A stretch of DNA of 64,000 nt from Bugula neritina. Lineage: Eukaryota > Animalia > Bryozoa. Below the pieces are notes generated by a model. That model saw only the letters and a program-made list of their open reading frames with translations. It was not told the DNA's origin and did no database searches. Positions 31,841 to 46,400 of the stretch are shown piece after piece. The translations under genes and the position numbers were made by a program. Position 1 is the first letter of the stretch, and each line of letters opens with the position of its first letter. The DNA is taken from positions 14,766,698 to 14,830,697 of the forward strand of contig OZ037765.1 in NCBI GenBank assembly GCA_964035545.1, written 5' to 3'.

Positions 31841-34800
31841 TACTTAAATATACGGTAACATACTGAAATATACTGTAACTCATTGAAAAACATTGCAACA
31901 TACTGAAACATACTGAAATATGCTGTAGCACACTGAAATACACCGCAGTTCACTGAAAAATAGTGTAATATACGGAAATGTACCGTAACATACTGAAATA
32001 TACTGTAACAGACTGAAATGTACTGTAACACACTGAAATATACTGCAACATGCTGAAATACACTGTAACATACTGAAATATACTGCAACATACTGCAACA
32101 TACCGAATTACACTGTAACAAACTGAAATACACTCCAACATACTACAACATACTGAAATACACTGTAACATATTGAAATACACCGCAACACATTGAAATA
32201 TACTGCAACATACCGAAATATATGGTAAACTATTGAAATATACGGTAACACATTGAAACATACCGCAAAATACTAAAATACACTGCATTACACTGAAGTA
32301 TACTGTAATATATATAGAAATGTACTGTAAAATACTTAAACATACGACAACATACCAAAAATTATACTGCAACATACTGAATTACACTGCAATATCCTGA
32401 AATATACTTCAACATAATGAAACATACCTAAAAACATTGAAATATACTGAAATACAGTGTAGGATATTGAAATACACTGCAACAATTTGGAATATACAGC
32501 AACATACCGAAATATATGGTAACCTACTGAAATATGTTGCAAACTACTGAATTATACTGCAACATACTGCAACATAATGAAATATACTATAACACACTGG
32601 AATAAACTGCAAAATACTGAAATATACTGTAACATACTGAAACATACTGCAACATACCGAAATATACTGTAACATACTGAAATATACTGCAAGAAACTGC
32701 AATATACTGAAATACACTGTAACATACTGAAATACACTGCAACATACTGCAACATACTGACATACACTGGAACATACTGAAATACACTGCAACATACTAC
32801 AACATACTGAAATACACTGTAACCTACTGAAATATGCTGTAGCACACTGAAATATACTGCAACATACTGAAATATAATGCAAGTTACTACAACATACTGA
32901 AATACACTGTGACATACTGAAATACACTGCAACATACTGCAACATACTGCAACATACTGAAATATACTGTAACATACTGCAATATACTGCAACACATTGA
33001 AATATACTCCAACACACTGAAGGATACAGCAACATACTGAAATATACTGCGACACATTGAAATATACTGCAACATACTGAAATATGCTGTAGCATACTGA
33101 AATATACTGTAACACACTGTAATATACTGCAACATACTGCAACATACTGACATACACTGGAACATACTGAAATACACTCCAACATACTACAACATATTGA
33201 AATACACTGCAACACATTGAAATATACTGCAACACACTGAAACATACGGCAACATATTGAAATATACTGCAACACATTGAAATATACTGCAACATACCGA
33301 AAATAACTGCAACTGTGCAATATAATGAAATATACTGCAAAAATACTGAAATATACTGCAACAATTTGAAAGTTACTGTATGATACTGACATATACTGAA
33401 ACACACTGAAACATACTGCAAGATACTGCAACAGACTGAAACACACTATAACATACTGAAATACACTGCAACATACTGCAACATACTGAATTACACTGTA
33501 ACATGTTGAAATACACTGCAACACATTGAAATTTACTGCAACACACTGAAACATACTGCAACATACTGAAATATACTGCAACATATCGAAGTATATTGTA
33601 ATATACGGACATGTACTGTAACATACTGAAACATACTGAAACATACTGAAACATAGTGAAATATACTTCAACATACTGCAACATACTGAAATACACTGTA
33701 ACATACTGAAACACACTGCAACACATTGAAACAAACTGCAACAAACCTAAATATACGGTAATATACTGAAATATACTGTAACACATTGAAAAACACTGCA
33801 AGATACTGAAATATGCTGTAGCACACTGAAATACACTGCAACATACTGAAATACACTGTAAAATACTGAAATACACTGCAACATACTGCAACATACTGAA
33901 ATAAACTGTAACCTACTGAAATACACTGCAACATACTACAACATACTGAAATACACTGTAACATTATGAATTACACTGCAACACATTGAAATATACTGCA
34001 ACATACCGAAATGTATGGTAAACAACTGAAATATACTGCAAAAATACTGAAATATACTGTAACATACTGAAAGATACTGCAACATACTGAAATACACTGT
34101 AACATACTGAAATACGCGGCAACATACTGCAACATACTGTATTACACTGTAAGATCTTGAAATACACTGCAACACATTGAAAGTTACTGCAACATTCTAA
34201 AATATACTGCAACATACTGCAACATACTGAAATACACTGTAACATACTGAAATACACTGCAACATACTGCAACATACTGAAATACACTGCAACACATTGA
34301 AATAAACCGCAACATACTTAAATATACGGTAACATACTGAAATATACTGTAACTCATTGAAAAACATTGCAACATACTGAAACATACTGAAATATGCTGT
34401 AGCACACTGAAATACACCGCAGTTCACTGAAAAATAGTGTAATATACGGAAATGTACCGTAACATACTGAAATATACTGTAACAGACTGAAATGTACTGT
34501 AACACACTGAAATATACTGCAACATGCTGAAATACACTGTAACATACTGAAATATACTGCAACATACTGCAACATACCGAATTACACTGTAACAAACTGA
34601 AATACACTCCAACATACTACAACATACTGAAATACACTGTAACATATTGAAATACACCGCAACACATTGAAATATACTGCAACATACCGAAATATATGGT
34701 AAACTATTGAAATATACGGTAACACATTGAAACATACCGCAAAATACTAAAATACACTGCATTACACTGAAGTATACTGTAATATATATAGAAATGTACT

Positions 34801-37534
34801 GTAAAATACTTAAACATACGACAACATACCAAAAATTATACTGCAACATACTGAATTACACTGCAATATCCTGAAATATACTTCAACATAATGAAACATA
34901 CCTAAAAACATTGAAATATACTGAAATACAGTGTAGGATATTGAAATACACTGCAACAATTTGGAATATACAGCAACATACCGAAATATATGGTAACCTA
35001 CTGAAATATGTTGCAAACTACTGAATTATACTGCAACATACTGCAACATAATGAAATATACTATAACACACTGGAATAAACTGCAAAATACTGAAATATA
35101 CTGTAACATACTGAAACATACTGCAACATACCGAAATATACTGTAACATACTGAAATATACTGCAAGAAACTGCAATATACTGAAATACACTGTAACATA
35201 CTGAAATACACTGCAACATACTGCAACATACTGACATACACTGGAACATACTGAAATACACTGCAACATACTACAACATACTGAAATACACTGTAACCTA
35301 CTGAAATATGCTGTAGCACACTGAAATATACTGCAACATACTGAAATATAATGCAAGTTACTACAACATACTGAAATACACTGTGACATACTGAAATACA
35401 CTGCAACATACTGCAACATACTGCAACATACTGAAATATACTGTAACATACTGCAATATACTGCAACACATTGAAATATACTCCAACACACTGAAGGATA
35501 CAGCAACATACTGAAATATACTGCGACACATTGAAATATACTGCAACATACTGAAATATGCTGTAGCATACTGAAATATACTGTAACACACTGTAATATA
35601 CTGCAACATACTGCAACATACTGACATACACTGGAACATACTGAAATACACTCCAACATACTACAACATACTGAAACACACTGTAACCTACTGAAATATG
35701 CGGTAGCACACTGAAATATACTGCAACATACTGAAATATAATGAAAGTTACTACAACATACTGAAATACACTGTGACATACTGAGATACACTGCAACATA
35801 CTGCAACATACTGCAACCTACTGCAACATACTGAAATACACTGTAACAGACTGAAATGTACTGTAACACACTGACATATACTGCAACACATTGAAATATA
35901 CCGCAACATACTGAAATATGCTGTAGCACACTGAAATACACTGCAACTCACTATAATATAGTGTAATATACAGAAATGTACTGTAACATACTGAAATATA
36001 CTGTAACATACTGAAATCTACTGCAACATACTGAAGTACACTGCAACATACTGCAACATACTGAAATACACTGTAACATATTGAAATACACGACAACACA
36101 TTGAAATATACTGCAACACACTGAAGGATACGGCAACATACTGAAATATACTGCGACACATTGAAATATACTGCAACATACTTAAATATACGGTAACATA
36201 CTGAAATATACTGTAACTCATTGAAAAACATTGCAACATACTGAAACATACTGAAATATGCTGTAGCACACTGAAATACACCGCAGTTCACTGAAAAATA
36301 GTGTAATATACGGAAATGTACCGTAACATACTGAAATATACTGTAACAGACTGAAATGTACTGTAACACACTGAAATATACTGCAACATGCTGAAATACA
36401 CTGTAACATACTGAAATATACTGCAACATACTGCAACATACCGAATTACACTGTAACAAACTGAAATACACTCCAACATACTACAACATACTGAAATACA
36501 CTGTAACATATTGAAATACACCGCAACACATTGAAATATACTGCAACATACCGAAATATATGGTAAACTATTGAAATATACGGTAACACATTGAAACATA
36601 CCGCAAAATACTAAAATACACTGCATTACACTGAAGTATACTGTAATATATATAGAAATGTACTGTAAAATACTTAAACATACGACAACATACCAAAAAT
36701 TATACTGCAACATACTGAATTACACTGCAATATCCTGAAATATACTTCAACATAATGAAACATACCTAAAAACATTGAAATATACTGAAATACAGTGTAG
36801 GATATTGAAATACACTGCAACAATTTGGAATATACAGCAACATACCGAAATATATGGTAACCTACTGAAATATGTTGCAAACTACTGAATTATACTGCAA
36901 CATACTGCAACATAATGAAATATACTATAACACACTGGAATAAACTGCAAAATACTGAAATATACTGTAACATACTGAAACATACTGCAACATACCGAAA
37001 TATACTGTAACATACTGAAATATACTGCAAGAAACTGCAATATACTGAAATACACTGTAACATACTGAAATACACTGCAACATACTGCAACATACTGACA
37101 TACACTGGAACATACTGAAATACACTGCAACATACTACAACATACTGAAATACACTGTAACCTACTGAAATATGCTGTAGCACACTGAAATATACTGCAA
37201 CATACTGAAATATAATGCAAGTTACTACAACATACTGAAATACACTGTGACATACTGAAATACACTGCAACATACTGCAACATACTGCAACATACTGAAA
37301 TATACTGTAACATACTGCAATATACTGCAACACATTGAAATATACTCCAACACACTGAAGGATACAGCAACATACTGAAATATACTGCGACACATTGAAA
37401 TATACTGCAACATACTGAAATATGCTGTAGCATACTGAAATATACTGTAACACACTGTAATATACTGCAACATACTGCAACATACTGACATACACTGGAA
37501 CATACTGAAATACACTCCAACATACTACAACATA
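28843..37534 (+). repeat. Near-perfect tandem duplication, 2 x 4338 bp (junction ~33181)
   Basis: Identical ORFs at +4338: 29035..29556 = 33373..33894, 30680..31603 = 35018..35941, 31480..32133 = 35818..36471, 32887..33177 = 37225..37515. Confidence 0.93.
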
Positions 37535-38046
37535 CTGAAACACACTGTAACCTACTGAAATATGCGGTAGCACACTGAAATATACTGCAACATACTGAAA
37601 TATAATGAAAGTTACTACAACATACTGAAATACACTGTGACATACTGAGATACACTGCAACATACTGCAACATACTGCAACCTACTGCAACATACTGAAA
37701 TACACTGTAACAGACTGAAATGTACTGTAACACACTGACATATACTGCAACACATTGAAATATACCGCAACATACTGAAATATGCTGTAGCACACTGAAA
37801 TACACTGCAACTCACTATAATATAGTGTAATATACAGAAATGTACTGTAACATACTGAAATATACTGTAACATACTGAAATCTACTGCAACATACTGAAG
37901 TACACTGCAACATACTGCAACATACTGAAATACACTGTAACATATTGAAATACACGACAACACATTGAAATATACTGCAACACACTGAAGGATACGGCAA
38001 CATACTGAAATATACTGCGACACATTGAAATATACTGCAACATACT
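34309..38046 (+). repeat. Tandem duplication, 2 x 1864 bp (also 29971-31834 plus partial copy 31835-~33195)
   Basis: ORFs 34424..34849 = 36288..36713, 35018..35941 = 36882..37805 and 30086..30511 = 31950..32375. The variants GCATTACAC and CCAAAAATTATAC are in all four copies. Confidence 0.9.
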
Positions 38047-38299
38047 GAAATATGCTGTAGCATACTGAAATATACTGTAACACACTGCAAAATACTGCAA
38101 CATACTGCAACATACTGACATACACTGGAACATACTGAAATACACTGCAACATACTACAACATACTGAAATACACTGTACCCTACTGAAATATGCTGTAG
38201 CACACTGAAATATACTGCAACATTCTGAAATATAATGCAAGTTACTACAACATACTGAAATACACTGTGACATACTGAGATACACTGCAACATACTGCA

Positions 38300-40840
38300 A
38301 CATACTGAAATACACTGTAACCTACTGAAATACACTGCGAAATACTACAACATACTGAAATACACTGTAACATTATGAATTACACTGCAACACATTGAAA
38401 AATACTGCAACATATCGAAATATATAATAAACAACTGAAATATACTGTAACACATCGAAAAATACTGCAACATACTGAAATATACTGTAACACACTGAAA
38501 TATACTGCAACATACTGAAATACATTGTAACATACTGAAATATACTGCAACATACTGCAACATACTGAAACACGCTGTAACATACTGAAATACACTGCAA
38601 CATACTACAACATATTGAAATACACTGCAACACATTGAAATATACTGCAACATACCGAAAATAACTGCAACTGTGCAATATAATGAAATATACTGCAAAA
38701 ATACTGAAATATACTGCAACAATTTGAAAGTTACTGTATGATACTGACATATACTGAAACACACTGAAACATACTGCAAGATACTGCAACATACTGAAAC
38801 ACACTATAACATACTGAAATACACTGCAACATACTGCAACATACTGAATTACACTGTAACATATTGAAATACACTGCAATACATTGAAATTTACTGCAAC
38901 ACACTGAAACATACTGCAACATACTGAAATATACTGCAACATATCGAAGTATATTGTAATATACGGACATGTACTGTAACATACTGAAACATACTGAAAC
39001 ATACTGAAACATAGTGAAATATACTTCAACATACTGAAATATACTGCAACATACTGCAACATACTGAAATACACTGTAACATACTGAAACACACTGCAAC
39101 ACATTGAAACAAACTGCAACAAACCTAAATATACGGTAATATACTGAAATATACTGTAACACATTGAAAAACACTGCAAGATACTGAAATATGCTGTAGC
39201 ACACTGAAATACACTGCAACATACTGAAATACACTGTAAAATACTGAAATACACTGCAACATACTGCAACATACTGAAATACACTGTAACCTACTGAAAT
39301 ACACTGCAACATACTACAACATACTGAAATACACTGTAACATTATGAATTACACTGCAACACATTGAAATATACTGCAACATACCGAAATATATGGTAAA
39401 CAACTGAAATATACTGCAAAAATACTGAAATATACTGTAACATACTGAAAGATACTGCAACATACTGAAATACACTGTAACATACTGAAATACGCGGCAA
39501 CACACTGCAACATACTGTATTACACTGTAAGATCTTGAAATACACTGCAACACATTGAAAGTTACTGCAACATTCTAAAATATACTGCAACATACTGCAA
39601 CATACTGAAATACACTGTAACATACTGAAATACACTGCAACATACTGCAACATACTGAAATACACTGCAACACATTGAAATAAACCGCAACATACTTAAA
39701 TATACGGTAACATACTGAAATATACTGTAACTCATTGAAAAACATTGCAACATACTGAAACATACTGAAATATGCTGTAGCACACTGAAATACACCGCAG
39801 TTCACTGAAAAATAGTGTAATTTACGGAAATGTACCGTAACATACTGAAATATACTGTAACAGACTGAAATGTACTGTAACACACTGAAATATACTGCAA
39901 CATGCTGAAATACACTGTAACATACTGAAATATACTGCAACATACTGCAACATACCGAATTACACTGTAACAAACTGAAATACACTCCAACATACTACAA
40001 CATACTGAAATACACTGTAACATATTGAAATACACCACAACACATTGAAATATACTGCAACATACCGAAATATATGGTAAACTACTGAAATATACCGTAA
40101 CACATTGAAACATACCGCAAAATACTGAAATACACTGCAATACACTGAAGTATACTGTAATATATATAGAAATGTACTGTAAAATACTTAAACATACGAC
40201 AACATACCAAAAAATATACTGCAACATACTGAATTACACTGCAATATCCTGAAATATACTTCAACATAATAAAAACATTGAAATATACTGAAATACAGTG
40301 TAGGATATTGAAATACACTGCAACAATTTGGAATATACAGCAACATACCGAAATATATGGTAACCTACTGAAATATGTTGCAAACTACTGAATTATACTG
40401 CAACATACTGCAACATAATGAAATATACTATAACACACTGGAATAAACTGCAAAATACTGAAATATACTGTAACATACTGAAACATACTGCAACATACCG
40501 AAATATACTGTAACATACTGAAATATACTGCAAGAAACTGCAATATACTGAAATACACTGTAACATACTGAAATACACTGCAACATACTGCAACATACTG
40601 ACATACACTGGAACATACTGAAATACACTGCAACATACTACAACATACTGAAATACACTGTAACCTACTGAAATATGCTGTAGCACACTGAAATATACTG
40701 CAACATACTGAAATATAATGCAAGTTACTACAACATACTGAAATACACTGTGACATACTGAAATGCACTGCAACATACTGCAACATACTGCAACATACTG
40801 AAATACACTGTAACATACTGCAATATACTGCAACACATTG
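38300..40840 (+). repeat. Dispersed copy of ~19420-22030 (offsets 18880/18820/18809)
   Basis: ORFs 19911..20522 = 38731..39342 and 20982..21407 ~ 39802..40227. A 60-bp deletion (~38640) and an 11-bp deletion (~40270) explain the offset steps. Confidence 0.83.
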
Positions 40841-41579
40841 AAAAATACTGCAACATACTGAAATATACTGTAACACACTGAAATATACTGCAACATACTG
40901 AAATACATTGTAACATACTGAAATATACTGCAACATACTGCAACATACTGAAATACACTGTAACATACTGAAATACACTGCAACATACTGCAACATACTG
41001 AAATACATTGGAACATATTGAAACACACTACAACACATTAAAATATACTGCAACACACTGAAACATACGGCAACATACTGAAATATACTGCAAAACATCT
41101 AAATATACTGCTACATACTGAAACATGCTGTAGCATACTGAAATACACTGCAACACACTGAAGTATACTGTAATATACAGAAATGTACTGTAACATACTG
41201 AAACGTACGTCAACATACTGAAATGTACTCCAACATGCTGAACTATACTGCAACATACTGAAATACACTGTAATATACTGAATTAAACTGCAACATACTG
41301 CAACATACTGAAATAAGCTGTACCATATTGAAATACACTACAACACATTGTAATATACTGCAACATACTGAACCATACGGCAACATACTGAAATATACTG
41401 CAACACATTGAAATATACTGCAACATAGTCAAATATAACGCAAGATACTGTAACATTCGGAAAAACACTGTGACATACTGAAATACACTGCAACATACTG
41501 CAACATACTGCAACATACTGAAATACACTGCAACACATTGAAATAAATCGCAACATACTTAAATATACGGTAACATACT

Positions 41580-42810
41580 GAAATATACTGTAACTCATTG
41601 AAAAACATTGCAACATACTAAAACATACTGAAATATGCTGTAGCACACTGAAATACACCGCAGTTCACTGAACAATAGTGTAATATACGGAAATATACCG
41701 TAACATACTGAAATATACTGTAACAGACTGAAATGTACTGTAACACACTGAAATATACTGCAACATGCTGAAATACACTGTAACATACTGAAATATACTG
41801 CAACATACTGCAACATACCGAATTACACTGTAACAAACTGAAATACACTCCAACAAACTACAACATACTGAAATACACTGTAACATATTGAAATACACCG
41901 CAACACATTGAAATATACTGCAACATACCGAAATATATGGTAAACTACTGAAATATACTGTATCACATTGAAACATACCGCAAAATACTAAAATACACTG
42001 CAACACACTGAAGTATACTGTAATATATAGAAATGTACTGTAAAATACTTAAACATATGACAACATACCAAAAAATATACTGCAACATACTGAATTACAC
42101 TGCAATATCCTGAAATATACTTCAACATACTGAAACATACCTAAAAACATTGAAATATACTGAAATACAGTGTAGGATATTGAAATACACTGCAACAATT
42201 TGGAATATACAGCAACATACCGAAATATATGGTAACCTACTGAAATATGTTGCAAACTACTGAAATATACTGCAACATACTGCAACATAATAAAATATAC
42301 TATAACACACTGGAGTAAACTGCAAAATACTGAAATATACTGTAACATACTGAAACATACTGCAACATACCGAAATATACTGTAACAATCTGAAATATAC
42401 TGCAAGATACTGCAATATACTGAAATACACAGTAACATACTGAAATACACTGCAACATACTGCAACATACTGACATACACTGGAACATACTGAAATACAC
42501 TGCAACATACTACAACATACTGAAATACACTGTAACCTACTGAAATATGCTGTAGCACACTGAAATATACTGCAACATACTAAAATATACTGCAACACAT
42601 TGAAATATACTGCAACATAGTCAAATATAATGCAAGATACTGTAACATTCTGAAAAACACTGTAACATACTTAAATACACTGCAACATACTGCAACATAC
42701 TGAAATACACTGCAACACATTGAAATAAACCGCAACATACTTAAATATACGGTAACATACTGAAATATACTGTAACTCATTGAAAAACATTGCAACATAC
42801 TGAAACATAC
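41580..42810 (+). repeat. Dispersed copy of ~27020-28250 (offset 14561)
   Basis: Shared rare variants CTGAACAATAGTG, GGAGTAAACT, GTAACAATCTG and ATACACAGTAAC. ORFs 27034..27255 = 41595..41816 and 27488..27997 ~ 42049..42558. Confidence 0.87.
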
Positions 42811-43010
42811 TGAAATATGCTGTGGCACACTGAAACACACCGCAGTTCACTGAAAAATAGTGTAATATACGGAAATGTACTGTAACATACTGAAATATAC
42901 TGTAACAGACTGAAATGTACTGTAACACACTGAAATATACTGCAACATGCTGAAATACACTGTAACATACTGAAATATACTGCAACATACTGCAACATAC
43001 CGAATTACAC

Positions 43011-43480
43011 TGGAACATACTGAAATACACTGCAACATACTACAACATACTGAAATACACTGTAACCTACTGAAATATGCTGTAGCACACTGAAATATAC
43101 TGCAACATACTGAAATATAATGCAAGTTACTACAACATACTGAAATACACTGTGACATACTGAAATACACTGCAACATACTGCAACATACTGCAACATAC
43201 TGAAATACACTGTAACATATTGAAATACACTGCAACATACTGCAACATACTGACATACACTGGAACATACTGAAATACACTGCAACATACTACAACATAC
43301 TGAAATACACTGTAACCTACTGAAATATGCTGTAGCACACTGAAATATACTGCAACATACTGAAATATAATGCAAGTTACTACAACATACTGAAATACAC
43401 TGTGACACTGAAATACACTGCAACATACTGCAACATACTGCAACATACTGAAATACACTGTAACATATTGAAATACACTG
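43011..43480 (+). repeat. ~250-bp tandem doublet (same doublet at ~46210-46685, ~50345-50845, ~54940-55440)
   Basis: TGGAACATAC at 43011 and 43261; CATACACTGG at 54961 and 55211. The ATAATGCAAGTTACTAC landmark recurs at +250. Confidence 0.82.
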
Positions 43481-46400
43481 CAAAACCTTGAAATATACTC
43501 CAACACACTGAAGGATACGGCAACATACTGAAATATACTGCGACACATTGAAATATACTGCAACATACTGAAATATGCTGTAGCATACTGAAATATACTG
43601 TAACACACTGTAATATACTGCAACATACTGCAACATACTGACATACACTGGAACATACTGAAATACACTCCAACATACTACAACATACTGAAATACACTG
43701 TAACCTACTGAAATATGCTGTAGCACACTGAAATATACTGCAACATACTGAAATATAAGGAAAGTTACTACAACATACTGAAATACACTGTGACATACTG
43801 AGATACACTGCAACATACTGCAACATACTGCAACATACTGCAACATACTGAAATACACTGTAACAGACTGAAATGTACTGTAACACACTGACATATACTG
43901 CAACACATTGAAATATACCGCAACATACTGAAATATGCTGTAGCACACTGAAATACACTGCAACTCACTATAATATAGTGTAATATACAGAAATGTACTG
44001 TAACATACTGAAATATACTGTAACATACTGAAATCTACTGCAACATACTGAAGTACACTGCAACATACTGCAACATACTGAAATACACTGTAACATATTG
44101 AAATACACGACAACACATTGAAATATACTGCAACACACTGAAGGATACGGCAACATACTGAAATATACTGCGACACATTGAAATATACTGCAACATACTG
44201 AAATATGCTGTAGCATACTGAAATATACTGTAACACACTGTAAAATACTGCAACATACTGCAACATACTGACATACACTGGAACATACTGAAATACACTG
44301 CAACATACTACAACATACTGAAATACACTGTACCCTACTGAAATATGCTGTAGCACACTGAAATATACTGCAACATACTGAAATATAATGCAAGTTACTA
44401 CAACATACTGAAATAAACTGTGACATACTGAGATACACTGCAACATACTGCAAAATACTGCAACATACTGAAATACACTGTAACCTACTGAAATACACTG
44501 CAACATACTACAACATACTGAAATACACTGTAACATTATGAATTACACTGCAACACATTGAAAAATACTGCAACATATCGAAATATATAGTAAACAATTG
44601 AAATATACTGTAACACATCGAAAAATACTGCAACATACTGAAATATACTGTAACACACTGAAATATACTGCAACATACTGAAATACATTGTAACATACTG
44701 AAATATACTGCAACATACTACAACATACTGAAATACACTGTAACATACTGAAATACACTGCAACATACTGCAACATACTGAAATACATTGGAACATATTG
44801 AAACACACTACAACACATTAAAATATACTGCAACACACTGAAACATACGGCAACATACTGAAATATACTGCAAAACATCTAAATATACTGCTACATACTG
44901 AAACATGCTGTAGCGTACTGAAATACACTGCAACACACTGAAGTATACTGTAATATACAGAAATGTACTGTAACATACTGAAACGTACGTCAACATACTG
45001 AAATGTACTCCAACATGCTGAACTATACTGCAACATACTGAAATACACTGTAATATACTGAATTAAACTGCAACATACTGCAACATACTGAAATAAGCTG
45101 TACCATATTGAAATGCACTACAACACATTGTAATATACTGCAACATACTGAACCATACGGCAACATACTGAAATATACTGCAACACATTGAAATATACTG
45201 CAACATAGTCAAATATAACGCAAGATACTGTAACATTCGGAAAAACACTGTGACATACTGAAATACACTGCAACATACTGCAACATACTGCAACATACTG
45301 AAATACACTGCAACACATTGAAATAAACCGCAACATACTTAAATATACGGTAACATACTGAAATATACTGTAACTCATTGAAAAACATTGCAACATACTG
45401 AAACATACTGAAATATGCTGTAGCACACTGAAACACACCGCAGTTCACTGAAAAATAGTGTAATATACGGAAATGTACCGTAACATACTGAAATATACTG
45501 TAACAGACTGAAATGTACTGTAACACACTGAAATATACTGCAACATGCTGAAATACACTGTAACATACTGAAATATACTGCAACATACTGCAACATACCG
45601 AATTACACTGTAACAAACTGAAATACACTCCAACATACTACAACATACTGAAATACACTGTAACATGTTGAAATACACCGCAACACATTGAAATATACTG
45701 CAACATACCAAAATATATGGTAAACTACTGAAATATACGGTAACACATTGAAACATACCGCAAAATACTAAAATACACTGCAACACACTGAAGTATACTG
45801 TAATATATATAGAAATGTACTGTAAAATACTTAAACATACGACAACATACTAAAAAATATACTGCAACATACTGAATTACACTGCAATATCCTGAAATAT
45901 ACTTCAACATACTGAAACAGACCTAAAAACATTGAAATATACTGAAATACAGTGTAGGATATTGAAATACACTGCAACAATTTGGAATATACAGCAACAT
46001 ACCGAAATATATGGTAACCTACTGAAACATGTTGCAAACTACTGAAATATACTGCAACATACTGCAACATAATGAAATATACTATAACACACTGGAATAA
46101 ACTGCAAAATACTGAAATATCCTGTAACATACTGAAACATACTGCAACATACCGAAGTATACTGTAACATACTGAAATATACTGCAAGAAACTGCAATAT
46201 ACTGAAATACACTGTAACATACTGAAATACACTGCAACATACTACAACATACTGAAATACACTGTAACCTACTGAAATATGCTGTAGCACACTGAAATAT
46301 ACTGCAACATACTGAAATATAATGCAAGTTACTACAACATACTGAAATACACTGTGACATACTGAAATACACTGCAACATACTGCAACATACTGCAACAT

